Positions 10,381 to 20,339 of a stretch of 64,000 bases of DNA are shown here, piece after piece; position 1 is the first letter of the stretch, and each line of letters begins with the position of its first letter. The notes under the pieces are model-generated. The model was given only the letters and a program-made list of their open reading frames with translations, was not told where the DNA came from and made no database searches. The DNA comes from Candidatus Woesearchaeota archaeon (lineage in GTDB: Archaea > Nanobdellota > Nanobdellia > Woesearchaeales > JACPBV01): assembly GCA_016180135.1 (NCBI GenBank), contig JACPBV010000015.1, positions 2,007-66,006 of the forward strand, written 5' to 3'. The translations under genes were made by a program, and so were the position numbers.

Positions 10381-12612
10381 TTAATACTCTGGGACAGCTG
10401 CCAATTTTTTCAACTCCCCTTTCAGTTCTTCGATGTTTAAGTATCGATGGCCAGGGTCAGGGTGGATGAGCTTTCCGAGAATTTCGGTAAGTTTGGTATC
10501 CGACGTTATTTGTGAAAATAAGTTAAGAGTCTGCTCAAAGAACCTCATGTCTTGTTTTAAGGGGGCTAGCAGTTCCTCACTTTGAGTCCTCCCTTCCCCA
10601 GGCATTGTTCTGATATTGCATTTGTCCAGTTCAATTAGTTTCGTTGGAGGTGTTAGCCCCCGCACCTTTAGGATTTCAGAGGGATGGAAAGGATACTCGC
10701 CAACCGCTATATAGAAGAGCAGCATTCCCACAGAATAGAGATCTGTCCTTCTGTTAGGCCGGACTTTATTTGCCCCATAAAGCTCAGGCGCTGACCCCCT
10801 GATGTTCCCAACTGCCCCAACGAACCCATCATCCCGGTTTTCGATCATCGCTAATCCAAAATCAGATAGGAGATAGTTCCCCTTTAATACACCGATATTG
10901 TTTGCTTTGATATCATTGTGGATGATTCCTCTCCGGTGAACTTCTCCCAGGCCCTCTGCAATTTGAGTAATTGCCCTAACAGCCTCCTTAACGCTTAAAT
11001 GGCCGTGGGGGCTCGACTTTACCTTGCTTTCGAGGTCCTCATCAAAAAGAGGCTCAACAAAGTAAGGAGTTGGGCTATCGAGATTATGGAAAGAAAGGGG
11101 AGCAATATTACTATGAGGACTTAATCTCTTTGAAAGCCTGTCGCTGAGTTCTTCTGAACGTTGTGCTCTGTCCAGAAGCATTCCTCCTTCCCCCCCTCCC
11201 TTCCTTATCTTCAAAGCACAAAAATCCTCAGGCACAATTTCTGGAATCAGGGATTTTTCCAAAGCGATATACACGCTCATGAATGCACCTTCACCAAGAG
11301 GGGCAATTATCCTATGGTCGCCCCCGATATCCTTCATCGCGCATGCGACAGCATCGTTAAGACACTCGCACCATAATTTGCGCCCCTTCTCTCTCAAGCT
11401 TTGCAAAGAAGGCTCTGTTCTAAATGAGGTTCCCTCAGTTATGATTCTCTTAAGCCGATTAAAAAAGTCTCCTGAGCTGCCGTAAAGGGGGGTTTGAACC
11501 CTCGCAAAGTGGGAATAAAGAGATTCTTGGGTTTTTTCGGCAAAAGGAAACGTTTGCCAAAAATTGGCAAAATCCTTGATGGATAAAAATACGTGCCCCA
11601 AACATTCTATGATTTCTTCAGGAGGCTTATTGAAAGCAATATCAGGGATGCGTTCAAGATAAGCTGCCTCTTCCTTAGAGAGTTCGGTGATAAACGGAGG
11701 GAGAAGCTGCGCAAAGGACAGGATTTTTTGTTGCCATTGATAAAAGAGAGAGCCCAAAAACTTCGGGGGTGCCTGAGGCTTGGCAGGCCTATCTCCTTCA
11801 TAAGATTTCAAGCCCCCCATAAGGTGCTGGAGATGTGCCTTCCTTTCCTGGAATAATCCGCCTAACATGAACCTGTAAGCTTTCATCTGATGTCCCTCTG
11901 CCTGTCTGCCTGCAACGATTATCAGAGGCGTATTGAGTGCCCGGAGAATCCGCTGTTCAGCAATGACCATATCAGGATCCAAGCATCCTCCGATTTCGAC
12001 GAGGAATTCTATTGTTTTCGGTGTTGCTGCATCAGGGACCCATAAAGAAAGGATATCGGTTAAAGTTTGTTTATCAGGGCTTAATCTGCCATCAAGGTTT
12101 TCGCTGTTATAACTGGAGATATCAGGATTAAGGTAACGGCCAAAACACTGGCTTCGGAGGTATGGAACGTAAAACATTTTTCCGGAAAAGACGGCCTTCT
12201 TTACCGAGAGGTGCCCGGGAAATGCGCACAAAGCATTTTGGAGAGTTCCGCTGGCAGGAGTTTGCCGCCCATAAGCCCCAATTTCATTTAATGAAGCGTA
12301 GATATCTAGTGAAAGCAATAAGTTGCTCAGTATCTGTGGTATCCCAAATTCCCCTTCCTGGGAAAAAATATCTGCCAGGCGTCGATAAATGGCAGGCATA
12401 CCTGGAGAATTTTTTCCAATCGGGGGCTCAGAAGAAGGATTGAAGATAAACTCAACCAAAGGGTTGATAAGGTTCCTTGCATCGTTATATTTTTTTCCCT
12501 TGAATAAGGCATAGGCTGCGCTGACGGTTTCAATAAACTCATGCGCGTTAGGAGTTTTGTCCATCCCTTCGCATCTCCCTGTGGGCACCCGCCCTGTCTT
12601 CATAAAAGACAT
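10381..12612 (-). CDS. Hanks-type Ser/Thr protein kinase with long N-terminal domain (start possibly 12564)
   Basis: LGEGAFMSVY, ALKI, IHNDIKANN, DFGLA, APE, DLYSVG motifs in the C-terminal half. Confidence 0.88.
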   Translation of the reverse strand: MSFMKTGRVPTGRCEGMDKTPNAHEFIETVSAAYALFKGKKYNDARNLINPLVEFIFNPSSEPPIGKNSPGMPAIYRRLADIFSQEGEFGIPQILSNLLLSLDIYASLNEIGAYGRQTPASGTLQNALCAFPGHLSVKKAVFSGKMFYVPYLRSQCFGRYLNPDISSYNSENLDGRLSPDKQTLTDILSLWVPDAATPKTIEFLVEIGGCLDPDMVIAEQRILRALNTPLIIVAGRQAEGHQMKAYRFMLGGLFQERKAHLQHLMGGLKSYEGDRPAKPQAPPKFLGSLFYQWQQKILSFAQLLPPFITELSKEEAAYLERIPDIAFNKPPEEIIECLGHVFLSIKDFANFWQTFPFAEKTQESLYSHFARVQTPLYGSSGDFFNRLKRIITEGTSFRTEPSLQSLREKGRKLWCECLNDAVACAMKDIGGDHRIIAPLGEGAFMSVYIALEKSLIPEIVPEDFCALKIRKGGGEGGMLLDRAQRSEELSDRLSKRLSPHSNIAPLSFHNLDSPTPYFVEPLFDEDLESKVKSSPHGHLSVKEAVRAITQIAEGLGEVHRRGIIHNDIKANNIGVLKGNYLLSDFGLAMIENRDDGFVGAVGNIRGSAPELYGANKVRPNRRTDLYSVGMLLFYIAVGEYPFHPSEILKVRGLTPPTKLIELDKCNIRTMPGEGRTQSEELLAPLKQDMRFFEQTLNLFSQITSDTKLTEILGKLIHPDPGHRYLNIEELKGELKKLAAVPEY

Positions 12613-13891
12613 TAAGCAATGCTAAATATTCGTCAGTTAAGGCAAGCTTTCTTTTATCGTTACGGTCAAAAAACCCCTGGGGAACAGGCTGCAGCCTGCA
12701 GGCGTTTACATGGATTTGCCCGATACCGTCAATACTTATAGTTAATGGGTCTTCTGCGCTTTGGATGGACTGAAGGTAAATAAAAGGCATTTGCGCTGAG
12801 ACTCGTGAAGAAAGCAGCCTTACAGCCTTCCGCCCATAAAGTTTGGAAAGATGTACATCTAATCGTGTTGGCGCTCCCCACCGCGCAAGGTGGTCAATAC
12901 TCCCATAAGTTATTGAGTTTTTCCTGTGGGGTGTTTGAGATAAACCCTCTGCGATCCTTTCCCCATAATGCCTTTCCCCGCTCTGCCCATCTTTTGCTTT
13001 GGTCATATAAGACTCATAACTGTGGAAATCCCCCAGGCCCCTCATCCCGCTTATCGCCTTAGCGAGGGCTTGCAGCTCATCATCGTTTCGGGGGACAGCC
13101 TCGGAAACTCCCGCAACATATACTCCAAAAGAACTTTGAGAACCCTTTACTCGATCAGTAAGCTCTTCCGAGATTTCACCTAGGAGGGAAGCATTTGATT
13201 TTTCAGGAGTTTGCAGAAACATTTCTGGGATAAGAACATCATCGGCCCCGCCAGCCTTTGCCCCCGACGGCCCCCACCCCGTAATTCCCCCGAGAAGCCG
13301 AAGGACATTGATTTTGCCGGAATTCCTTGATCCGATCCTTATCCGGTTGGTTAACTCTGCTATGCTGGTAACGGCAGATCCCCATCCGGGATTATAAATC
13401 TCCTTTTGGATAGTTTTTGCTTCTTCATAAATCCCGACATCGTTGTTCATGGATTTCTCCACAAATACAATATTTTTGATTCTCTTGGGAAGATAGGGGA
13501 GTGCATTCCTAAAATCCAGAATTCCCCGTATTCCTGAAATAACAATGAGGTACCGAACATCAAAATAGTCAATTCTATTCTTTAGGTTTTCAGCCTCTAC
13601 CCCTTTGCTCCCGCTGGGTGATTGGCTGGATATACCCATACGGGCCCTTGAAGAAGTCAGTACACACCCAAAATGAGCTTCATCGATTGGAGCGTCAAAA
13701 AGATTTACAGTAAAAGGCACTGCCTCCGTTTTATAATCTCCAGTGAGCCCTTCGAGGCCGCCATTGAAGCCGATTACTTTATCAATTCCCAGGGAAGCAG
13801 CCATTTTTTCTGCCTCCTGGACTATCCCGGTTAGAATCGCATTTTGAGAAGCCTCATCCCCGTCAACTATCAGAACCCCGAGGTTTGCCAT
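12548..13891 (-). CDS. 6-phosphofructokinase (PfkA)-fold protein with degenerate catalytic motifs
   Basis: Collinear PFK landmarks (LGVLIVDGD..QNA, KSMNND, VLIPE, HLARWGAPTRLD) but GGDG and TIDND altered. Confidence 0.75.
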   Translation of the reverse strand: MANLGVLIVDGDEASQNAILTGIVQEAEKMAASLGIDKVIGFNGGLEGLTGDYKTEAVPFTVNLFDAPIDEAHFGCVLTSSRARMGISSQSPSGSKGVEAENLKNRIDYFDVRYLIVISGIRGILDFRNALPYLPKRIKNIVFVEKSMNNDVGIYEEAKTIQKEIYNPGWGSAVTSIAELTNRIRIGSRNSGKINVLRLLGGITGWGPSGAKAGGADDVLIPEMFLQTPEKSNASLLGEISEELTDRVKGSQSSFGVYVAGVSEAVPRNDDELQALAKAISGMRGLGDFHSYESYMTKAKDGQSGERHYGERIAEGLSQTPHRKNSITYGSIDHLARWGAPTRLDVHLSKLYGRKAVRLLSSRVSAQMPFIYLQSIQSAEDPLTISIDGIGQIHVNACRLQPVPQGFFDRNDKRKLALTDEYLALLNVFYEDRAGAHREMRRDGQNS

Positions 13892-14123
13892 AGTTCACTC
13901 ACCCACGAATTTCAGGACTCAATCAATAGTTAAAAACATTTGGAATTTTTAGGGGATTATCCGTAATTCTTACGCCTAATAAATTTTAGACGGCACTCCT
14001 GCCTTTTAATTATGCCCAATACTGAATATATCCATCACTATTGATGCCTATTTTCCCTACGGGAAAGATATAAATCATCCGATGATACTATGCCATTTAT
14101 CGTGATTATTACGCAACCCTGAG

Positions 14124-14657
14124 GTGGAAAAAATGCCAGAAACAACGACACTCAATCCGAAAATAGGATCTCCAGTTCATGGAGCTTCAGCTCAAGGAGC
14201 TTTGGACATCGGCCAATTGGTCGAGAACTTTGAGCCAGTTCCGGATTATCTAGCATTTGATTTTGGCATCAGAGACCCTTCCTATGTGAAGACTGACGAT
14301 AAGCAAGTGCGGGAAGTGGGAAAACTATTGGCACTTCGCCTTGCGAGAATGATGTATGAAGGTAAAATCCCGGGTTTTGTTCCAAGGGGGAATTCTGAGG
14401 GTATTATGTATTCTCCTGATAAATTTGATCCACAATCAAAGGACAACGCAAAACCAGATGAGCTTCTAAAGAATTCCCCGCTTAGGTTTGATGCAAGGTA
14501 CATCCAAACCCATGACGGAAAATGGAGAGTCAACCCTAGCGACGACAGATGGGAAGACCCTGAGCGAAGGAAGTTTGACATTTTCGATCTTGTCGCAGTA
14601 GCTTATTTTACAAGAAATCAGGCATTATGCAGGTTTGCTGAGAGCCAATTAAAATAG
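14124..14657 (+). CDS. Hypothetical protein
   Basis: 177-aa ORF, SD GAGGTGG before ATG 14133. Confidence 0.6.
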   Translation: MEKMPETTTLNPKIGSPVHGASAQGALDIGQLVENFEPVPDYLAFDFGIRDPSYVKTDDKQVREVGKLLALRLARMMYEGKIPGFVPRGNSEGIMYSPDKFDPQSKDNAKPDELLKNSPLRFDARYIQTHDGKWRVNPSDDRWEDPERRKFDIFDLVAVAYFTRNQALCRFAESQLK

Positions 14658-14696
14658 GGCAAAACTAAAAGGATTAGATTGCTGCCTTTTTTGCTA

Positions 14697-14867
14697 TTAC
14701 TCCGCTTTTTCCAGAGACTTCTGCTTTCTGTAATCTTCAATCCAGTCCTGGATGATATGCTTAGCCAATGCCGCCCTTGTCCCGTAGATTCCTTCCTTCT
14801 TGACAATATCATCAAGGACTTTTGCAAGGCTTCTTGGAATGTTGATGCCGACGTAATCTGATGCCAT
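14697..14867 (-). CDS. Ribbon-helix-helix regulator (56 aa, absent from the ORF track)
   Basis: Hand translation MASDYVGINIPRSLAKVLDDIVKKEGIYGTRAALAKHIIQDWIEDYRKQKSLEKAE*; TATA (TTTATATA) upstream on the minus strand. Confidence 0.7.
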   Translation of the reverse strand: MASDYVGINIPRSLAKVLDDIVKKEGIYGTRAALAKHIIQDWIEDYRKQKSLEKAE

Positions 14868-14931
14868 ATTGTGCGTATAGTATGCAATTGTATATAAATA
14901 TTTCGTATTTTTTACGGACTAATGCGTAGTT

Positions 14932-14964
14932 TATTGCAATATTGCATACCTATATTGCAATATA
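14932..14964. promoter_or_regulatory. Palindromic operator candidates TATTGCAATA (x2) between divergent RHH and Lrp genes
   Basis: TATTGCAATA 14932-14941 and perfect 14-bp TATATTGCAATATA 14951-14964; the same 10-mer occurs at 9189-9198. Confidence 0.55.
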
Positions 14965-15037
14965 GCAACATTTATATATTTCATTCATGCCATCATAAAT
15001 TACGGGCGCACATACAGAAAAGGGGGATTTCAACACG

Positions 15038-15499
15038 ATGCTGTCGGAAAAGGACGCAACCATCATCTCGCATCTGAGGAATAATGCGAGGAAAAAGATA
15101 ACGGCTATCGCAGCGCAGACAAAAATACCGGTAACCACAATTTACGACAAAGTCAGGGTGCACGAGAGGAAGTATGTCAAAAAGCACACGACGCTGCTTG
15201 ATTTCCCAAAGCTGGGGTATCTGACGATGGCGCATGTGGCAGTGAGCGTCCCGAGAGAGCAGAGGGAAGTTGTCCAGAAGTTCCTTGAAGAAAAGCCGAA
15301 TGTCAATTCGCTGTTCAGGACAAACATGGGCCATGACTTCCTGGCTGAATGTGTCTTCAAGAATCCTGCAGAGCTCCAGCATATGGTCGACCACCTTGAA
15401 GGATTTTACCGTGCAAACAGCGTGAAAGTATTTTCCATCATTGAAGAGCTGAAAAAAGAGGAATTTTTGACTAAGCCTGAGCATCTGGAGGCGATGTAG
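15038..15499 (+). CDS. Lrp/AsnC-family transcriptional regulator
   Basis: LSEKDATIISHLRNNARKKITAIA...TTIYDKV; LDFPKLGY; RAM-type C-terminal domain. Confidence 0.88.
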   Translation: MLSEKDATIISHLRNNARKKITAIAAQTKIPVTTIYDKVRVHERKYVKKHTTLLDFPKLGYLTMAHVAVSVPREQREVVQKFLEEKPNVNSLFRTNMGHDFLAECVFKNPAELQHMVDHLEGFYRANSVKVFSIIEELKKEEFLTKPEHLEAM

Positions 15500-15500
15500 C

Positions 15501-16739
15501 ATGCCGCACAAAAAAACAGACCAAATTGGCCAGGGAAAAGGCCCAAACGAAATGAGCCATGAACACTTCCTTGCTACGGCCCCGATGAGGATAGACCTGG
15601 CAGGCGGCACGACTGACATTAATTTCTTCGTTGAGAAAGAAAAAGAAGGCGGAGCTACATTGAATATGGCGATAACCCTGCTTTCCGCCGATGGCAGGCC
15701 TCTCCTCTCTTCAGCGAGAGGATACCAGACAACAGAAGATGGAATACCGACAGAAGCCGGGATACATATTGTGTCAAAGGACCTTGCTGAGGAAGTTTGG
15801 CTGAAGGCTCCTGAAAGCTATTCTTTGAATGGAAGGCTTGATCTGCTCAGGACAGTCACAAAAAGATTCGGCCTTTCTGGAAATTATGAGATTGAGACCA
15901 ATACCGGAGCGCCGCCAGGCTCCGGATTGGGCAGCTCGGGGTCCATTGCAGTTGCATTTGGGGGGCTTCTCAATATGCTTACAGGATCAGCAAGAAGCAG
16001 GCAGGAGACTGTTGACCTTTGCTTTAAGGCAGAAAGGAATGATTTGGGCGTTTTGTGCGGGAAGCAGGATCAAAGCGCAGCAGCGTATGGTGGAATCAAT
16101 CTTTTCAAGTTTATCGGCGATACAACTGAGCGGTATCCCCTTGGCCCTGAGATTGATGGCCGCATGAACATCGGAAACAGGCCTGAATGGAATAAAAAAG
16201 TTCCATCTGAATGCTCTGAATTCAGAAAAGCCCTGTTGGAGCATATGGTTTTGTGCTACACCGGGAAATCCCACTACTCCGGCAATGCAAATGAGCTTAT
16301 GAGAGAAAACTATCTCCGTGGAGGGGCTGCAGGGGATGCATTGAGAAAGATAAGAGAAATTACCCTGCTGATGGAGTGGGCTTTCCGCACGGAGGACATT
16401 GGAAAGATAATCGAGCTGAGCAGGGCCGAGACAGAAAACAGGGTCAGGCTTGGAGAGGAGATTGGGACAGGAAAAGACGGAGATTATGGGAGGGCAATCC
16501 AGGCCGGGCTTTCGAATGGGGCTTCAGCAGCAAAAATCCTTGGCGCTGGCGCCGGAGGAAGCATTTTGTTTTATGCTACTCCAGAAAACAGGGCAGCTCT
16601 TGAATCAGCGTTGAAAGAGCATTTCAGATCATCAGGAAACTCCCATGGAAGGATACTCTCATTTCAGGTAAATTACGACGGATTGAAGCATCATTGGCCG
16701 CCACCTTTGGAAGCAGGGGACACTAGGAGATTTCCCTGA
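15501..16739 (+). CDS. GHMP-family sugar kinase (HddA heptose-7-phosphate kinase/fucokinase-like)
   Basis: APMRIDLAGGTTD, PPGSGLGSSG, GKQDQ, KILGAGAGG. Confidence 0.88.
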   Translation: MPHKKTDQIGQGKGPNEMSHEHFLATAPMRIDLAGGTTDINFFVEKEKEGGATLNMAITLLSADGRPLLSSARGYQTTEDGIPTEAGIHIVSKDLAEEVWLKAPESYSLNGRLDLLRTVTKRFGLSGNYEIETNTGAPPGSGLGSSGSIAVAFGGLLNMLTGSARSRQETVDLCFKAERNDLGVLCGKQDQSAAAYGGINLFKFIGDTTERYPLGPEIDGRMNIGNRPEWNKKVPSECSEFRKALLEHMVLCYTGKSHYSGNANELMRENYLRGGAAGDALRKIREITLLMEWAFRTEDIGKIIELSRAETENRVRLGEEIGTGKDGDYGRAIQAGLSNGASAAKILGAGAGGSILFYATPENRAALESALKEHFRSSGNSHGRILSFQVNYDGLKHHWPPPLEAGDTRRFP

Positions 16740-16882
16740 TAAATTTCCCTGAATAAAATCAGGCTACACAAGAAGATTTCCCTGATGAAACATACTCAGA
16801 TTAAAAATTATGGGCTTAATGCCAGATAAGACTTTGCTTATCAGGTAGAGATTCCAAGTAAAAAACGAACAACCAAAGTAGC

Positions 16883-17830
16883 GTGAGCTCTATGCAGGAC
16901 GAAATAAACAGGCAGTCGGGACAAGGGCATCCTAAGGATATTAAAACTCTTTTATGTTCTGACCTTGATGATACCCTGAACCCACCAGGCAAGGTTATCG
17001 AAATGCCGGTAGCAGAAAGGCTGTGCGATCTCCTTGAGAAATATCAAAGCCTCTATGTTGCGATGGCAACGGGAAAGCCGTTGGCCAATGTCGAGCAGCA
17101 GGTTAAGGCATTGGAAAATGCTGCCCGGTGGTATGAGCTTATGCCGGATGAGATCAGATGGAGGACAATCGCCGTCTATACCAACGGTGCCGGAAACAGG
17201 TTTTACCAGGGCGGCAAAGAGCAGATTCTTCTCTATGGAGATATAAATCCAAATGCCGACGAGGCAATAAACCAGGTAAATGGGATAGCTGCAACAATCA
17301 GGAGCGAATTTCCGGGAGAGTTTACTGAGCAGGATAATGTCAAAGATGAAAACGGAAGATGGATGGTTTTCACCCCATTTCCCTCTGAGAGGCTAACCCC
17401 CCAGGATTTGGGCGGCTTTGCGCGAAACGCAGCGAGGCAGCAGTATGGCGAAAATGCCCAGGTAACCGTCCATGTATTCAAAGATGCAATTGATATTCTT
17501 CCGACTCCGTCAACTGGGCTTCCGCTCGACAAAGGCACTTCTGTCGAATTGATTGCCAAAACACTTGGGATAAATTTTGAGCAGGCGGAAGATTACACCG
17601 GCCCTTATGATGGGGGAATCCCGAATTCCAGAAGAATTCTAGGCGTCGGTTTTGGCGATGGCCCTAACGACCTATGCTTTTTCAGGAAGATGCAGAGGAA
17701 TGTGACTTTTTCTTCTGATAAGAGCAGGGGGCTGCAGCCCTATGCGAATGCAGTTGTTGATTCGACGCTGGAAGGGCTTGAGGCAGTAGACAGATTCTTG
17801 GGAGAAATATACAGAAATAATGGGGGATAA
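16883..17830 (+). CDS. HAD-superfamily (IIB-like) sugar phosphatase/phosphomutase
   Basis: DLDDTL (motif I), ATGK (II), DKG (III), GDGPND (IV). Confidence 0.8.
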   Translation: MSSMQDEINRQSGQGHPKDIKTLLCSDLDDTLNPPGKVIEMPVAERLCDLLEKYQSLYVAMATGKPLANVEQQVKALENAARWYELMPDEIRWRTIAVYTNGAGNRFYQGGKEQILLYGDINPNADEAINQVNGIAATIRSEFPGEFTEQDNVKDENGRWMVFTPFPSERLTPQDLGGFARNAARQQYGENAQVTVHVFKDAIDILPTPSTGLPLDKGTSVELIAKTLGINFEQAEDYTGPYDGGIPNSRRILGVGFGDGPNDLCFFRKMQRNVTFSSDKSRGLQPYANAVVDSTLEGLEAVDRFLGEIYRNNGG

Positions 17831-17866
17831 GAATTTGGGGAAAATATACCGGAATAAGGGATGGCA

Positions 17867-17938
17867 GGAATGAGAGAGAGCTGGAATGAGAGAGAGCTGG
17901 AATGAGAGAGAGCTGGAATGAGAGAGAGCTGGAATGAG
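17867..17938. repeat. 16-bp tandem repeat (GGAATGAGAGAGAGCT x4 + partial)
   Basis: Units start at 17867, 17883, 17899, 17915, 17931. Confidence 0.95.
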
Positions 17939-17968
17939 GGATGACTGAAAAGGGAGGAGGATGGAAAA

Positions 17969-18565
17969 ATGGACCTGCAAAATCTTGTGGATGGGATGGA
18001 AGCACTTCAGCTCTTCAGTTCGATAGTTGTTGATGCTGATGTCTCAAGGCCATGGGGATATTATTTTACTTTGGAGCGAAGCGAGACAAGGACAAGCAAA
18101 ATTCTTGTTGTCAAAAACGAGCTTTCAGTCCAATCGCACCAGGCGAGAGATGAAGAATGGAAGCTGTTGTATGGGAAAGCGGCAGTTTACCGTGGTCTCC
18201 CCGATGGGGCTCCGACGGAAATAATCGCAAACCTCGAAGAGTCAATTCTTGACGTCGGAGACACGGCCAATATTCCAAGGACGATGGTCCATGGAGTAAG
18301 AAATATCGGAACAACGCCTGCCATCTTAGCTGAAATTGCAAGGGGCATAGCTGTTGAGGGAGATATCATCAGATACTATGACGTCCATGGGAGGTATAAG
18401 ACTGCTGAAGAAAAAAAGATGGCAAAGGTCTGGGAGGAAATTCCCGGCTACCGACCTGGGATGAGCCTCAGTGAATTGATACCTCTTGTGAGGGCTAACA
18501 TGGTGAAACGGGAAGATGAGTTTGTGAAGATCGATCTTGGGGAGATTGCAAAGCGGCAGGATTAA
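17969..18565 (+). CDS. Cupin, type II mannose-6-phosphate isomerase-like
   Basis: RPWG, LSVQSHQARDEEW, IPRTMVHGVRN, DIIR. Confidence 0.8.
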   Translation: MDLQNLVDGMEALQLFSSIVVDADVSRPWGYYFTLERSETRTSKILVVKNELSVQSHQARDEEWKLLYGKAAVYRGLPDGAPTEIIANLEESILDVGDTANIPRTMVHGVRNIGTTPAILAEIARGIAVEGDIIRYYDVHGRYKTAEEKKMAKVWEEIPGYRPGMSLSELIPLVRANMVKREDEFVKIDLGEIAKRQD

Positions 18566-18601
18566 GGTGAATTTGTGAATAAACAAAATGATGTTTGATG
18601 G

Positions 18602-20059
18602 GTGCATTCTATGAGCGGAAAAATTCAGCATAACGGAAAGGTTAGATTGGGGATATTAGGCTACACTTCAGAATGGGCGCAGTTCCAGCTTTTTGAGGCT
18701 CTTTTTCATATTCCGGAAATCAAAGAAAAATATGAGATCGCATGGATATCAGGCGGCGAGCAAAATGCTGCGGAAGCTCGGCAGAGAATCTGGAAAGAGG
18801 TCGGAGAGAAAGCAGGGGAATTCGGAGCAACAGTCGCTACGCCTCTTGAATGGCGTGCAAAAAATGTAAGGCAGGAAACAAAAAACCTGATGACCCTCGA
18901 CGAAATGCTTGAAAAAGGCAAAGTTGCCTATGTCCCGATGAACAGGAACTGGAATGAGCTTCCTGAATCTGCCTATGGCTCTGTCGATGCAGTTGCTATC
19001 TTCACCAATAACCCGACACATCACCTCTACATCGCTGATGCTGTCGCCCATGGAAAGCATGTCTTATGCGAAAAACCGTTGGGGCCGGTATTTGATAATG
19101 TTGGAGCTCCAACTATGCATGCTGTCAGGTCGCTTGAAGATACAGCCAAAGAGGCTGAAAGAAGGTGCCTGATTGTGATGGATGCTGAGCATTATTCGCA
19201 AAAATTAGCAACTCTTACTTTTTTTGAGCATCTTCCTGAGCTGGCAGAAAAATATGGAAGGATAACTTCTGTTTTCGGGGCGATAAATGAGATTGACAAT
19301 CCTGAAAAAGGGAGGACAAGAAAAGCCCTTTCACGTGAAAATCAGACTGGAGCGTTAGCGGACACCGGAATACATATTCTTGGAATTGTTGCGGCTATCG
19401 GCGGAGAATTAGGCGAAGTTGACGGGAGTGCTGGCAGCCTTGCGATGAAGCAGCTGGCGCCCTATGATGTGGACACATATGTTTCCTTTAAAGGAAGGCT
19501 GAAACCAATCTGGTGTAAGGAAAGCTGGATCAGCGATGGGGCATCAATTGATTTCAGCGTTGGCAAGTTTATTGACAGGTATAGCCCCGAAGATAGCGTG
19601 AAGGGCGTTGGGGTAAAGGCTGAGGAGAAATATCTTTCATTCAGATTTACTGACGATAAGGGAGAGCATGTCTATGTTTCTCTTGACTTTAAGGCAGGTG
19701 AAGTCACACTCCAGGGAGTTAATGTCCCAAAGAGATGGCTGGAGGGAAAAGGCCATTACCATTCTCTGGAATATGCAAATATCCTGACAGAATTTTACGG
19801 CTGCATTAGCTCAGCAAAAAGCGGCGGAGTCAGCCTTGGGCTAAACCTGCCAAGGACATCCATCCGAAATTCGATTGCCGCTCTTAAGGGAGTCCATGCG
19901 ATATACGATTTTGCCAAGTTAGGGCAAAGCAAGCAGGTACAAAATAGCAATCAGTTTCAAGATACCAATCAGTTTCAAGATCCCAGGCAGATACAAGAGA
20001 TTGGAATTGCTGCCGGAAAAGAGGTTATAGCTGTTCCAGCTGTAGCTGCTACCGGATGA
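18602..20059 (+). CDS. Gfo/Idh/MocA-family NAD(P)-dependent oxidoreductase
   Basis: VDAVAIFT.NPTH, GKHVLCEKP, GALADTGIH. Confidence 0.82.
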   Translation: MHSMSGKIQHNGKVRLGILGYTSEWAQFQLFEALFHIPEIKEKYEIAWISGGEQNAAEARQRIWKEVGEKAGEFGATVATPLEWRAKNVRQETKNLMTLDEMLEKGKVAYVPMNRNWNELPESAYGSVDAVAIFTNNPTHHLYIADAVAHGKHVLCEKPLGPVFDNVGAPTMHAVRSLEDTAKEAERRCLIVMDAEHYSQKLATLTFFEHLPELAEKYGRITSVFGAINEIDNPEKGRTRKALSRENQTGALADTGIHILGIVAAIGGELGEVDGSAGSLAMKQLAPYDVDTYVSFKGRLKPIWCKESWISDGASIDFSVGKFIDRYSPEDSVKGVGVKAEEKYLSFRFTDDKGEHVYVSLDFKAGEVTLQGVNVPKRWLEGKGHYHSLEYANILTEFYGCISSAKSGGVSLGLNLPRTSIRNSIAALKGVHAIYDFAKLGQSKQVQNSNQFQDTNQFQDPRQIQEIGIAAGKEVIAVPAVAATG

Positions 20060-20339
20060 GATGAGGTTAGATGGAAACTGATTGAATGAGGTTAGATGGA
20101 AACTGATGAAAAGACGATTTTCATAAAAGATTCGAATTTCACAGAAAATTTGAATTTCAAGAAAAATTGCCAAAATATAATCACCGCAGTGAATTTATCG
20201 AAAGTTTAGATTAAAATGGATGGATGAAAATTGTCAACGGCAGTTGAGCCTGTTGAAATTTTTCAATTGCTGATTAGCGATTAAGCAGATCGGTTAAATG
20301 AAAACCACATAGCGTGAGCTCTAAAGGTTGGAGGGAAAA

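Noticed and set aside
17867-17938. Tandem arrays here and at 24587 and 45416 as possible CRISPRs
   Set aside because: Head-to-tail repeats without unique spacers; no cas genes
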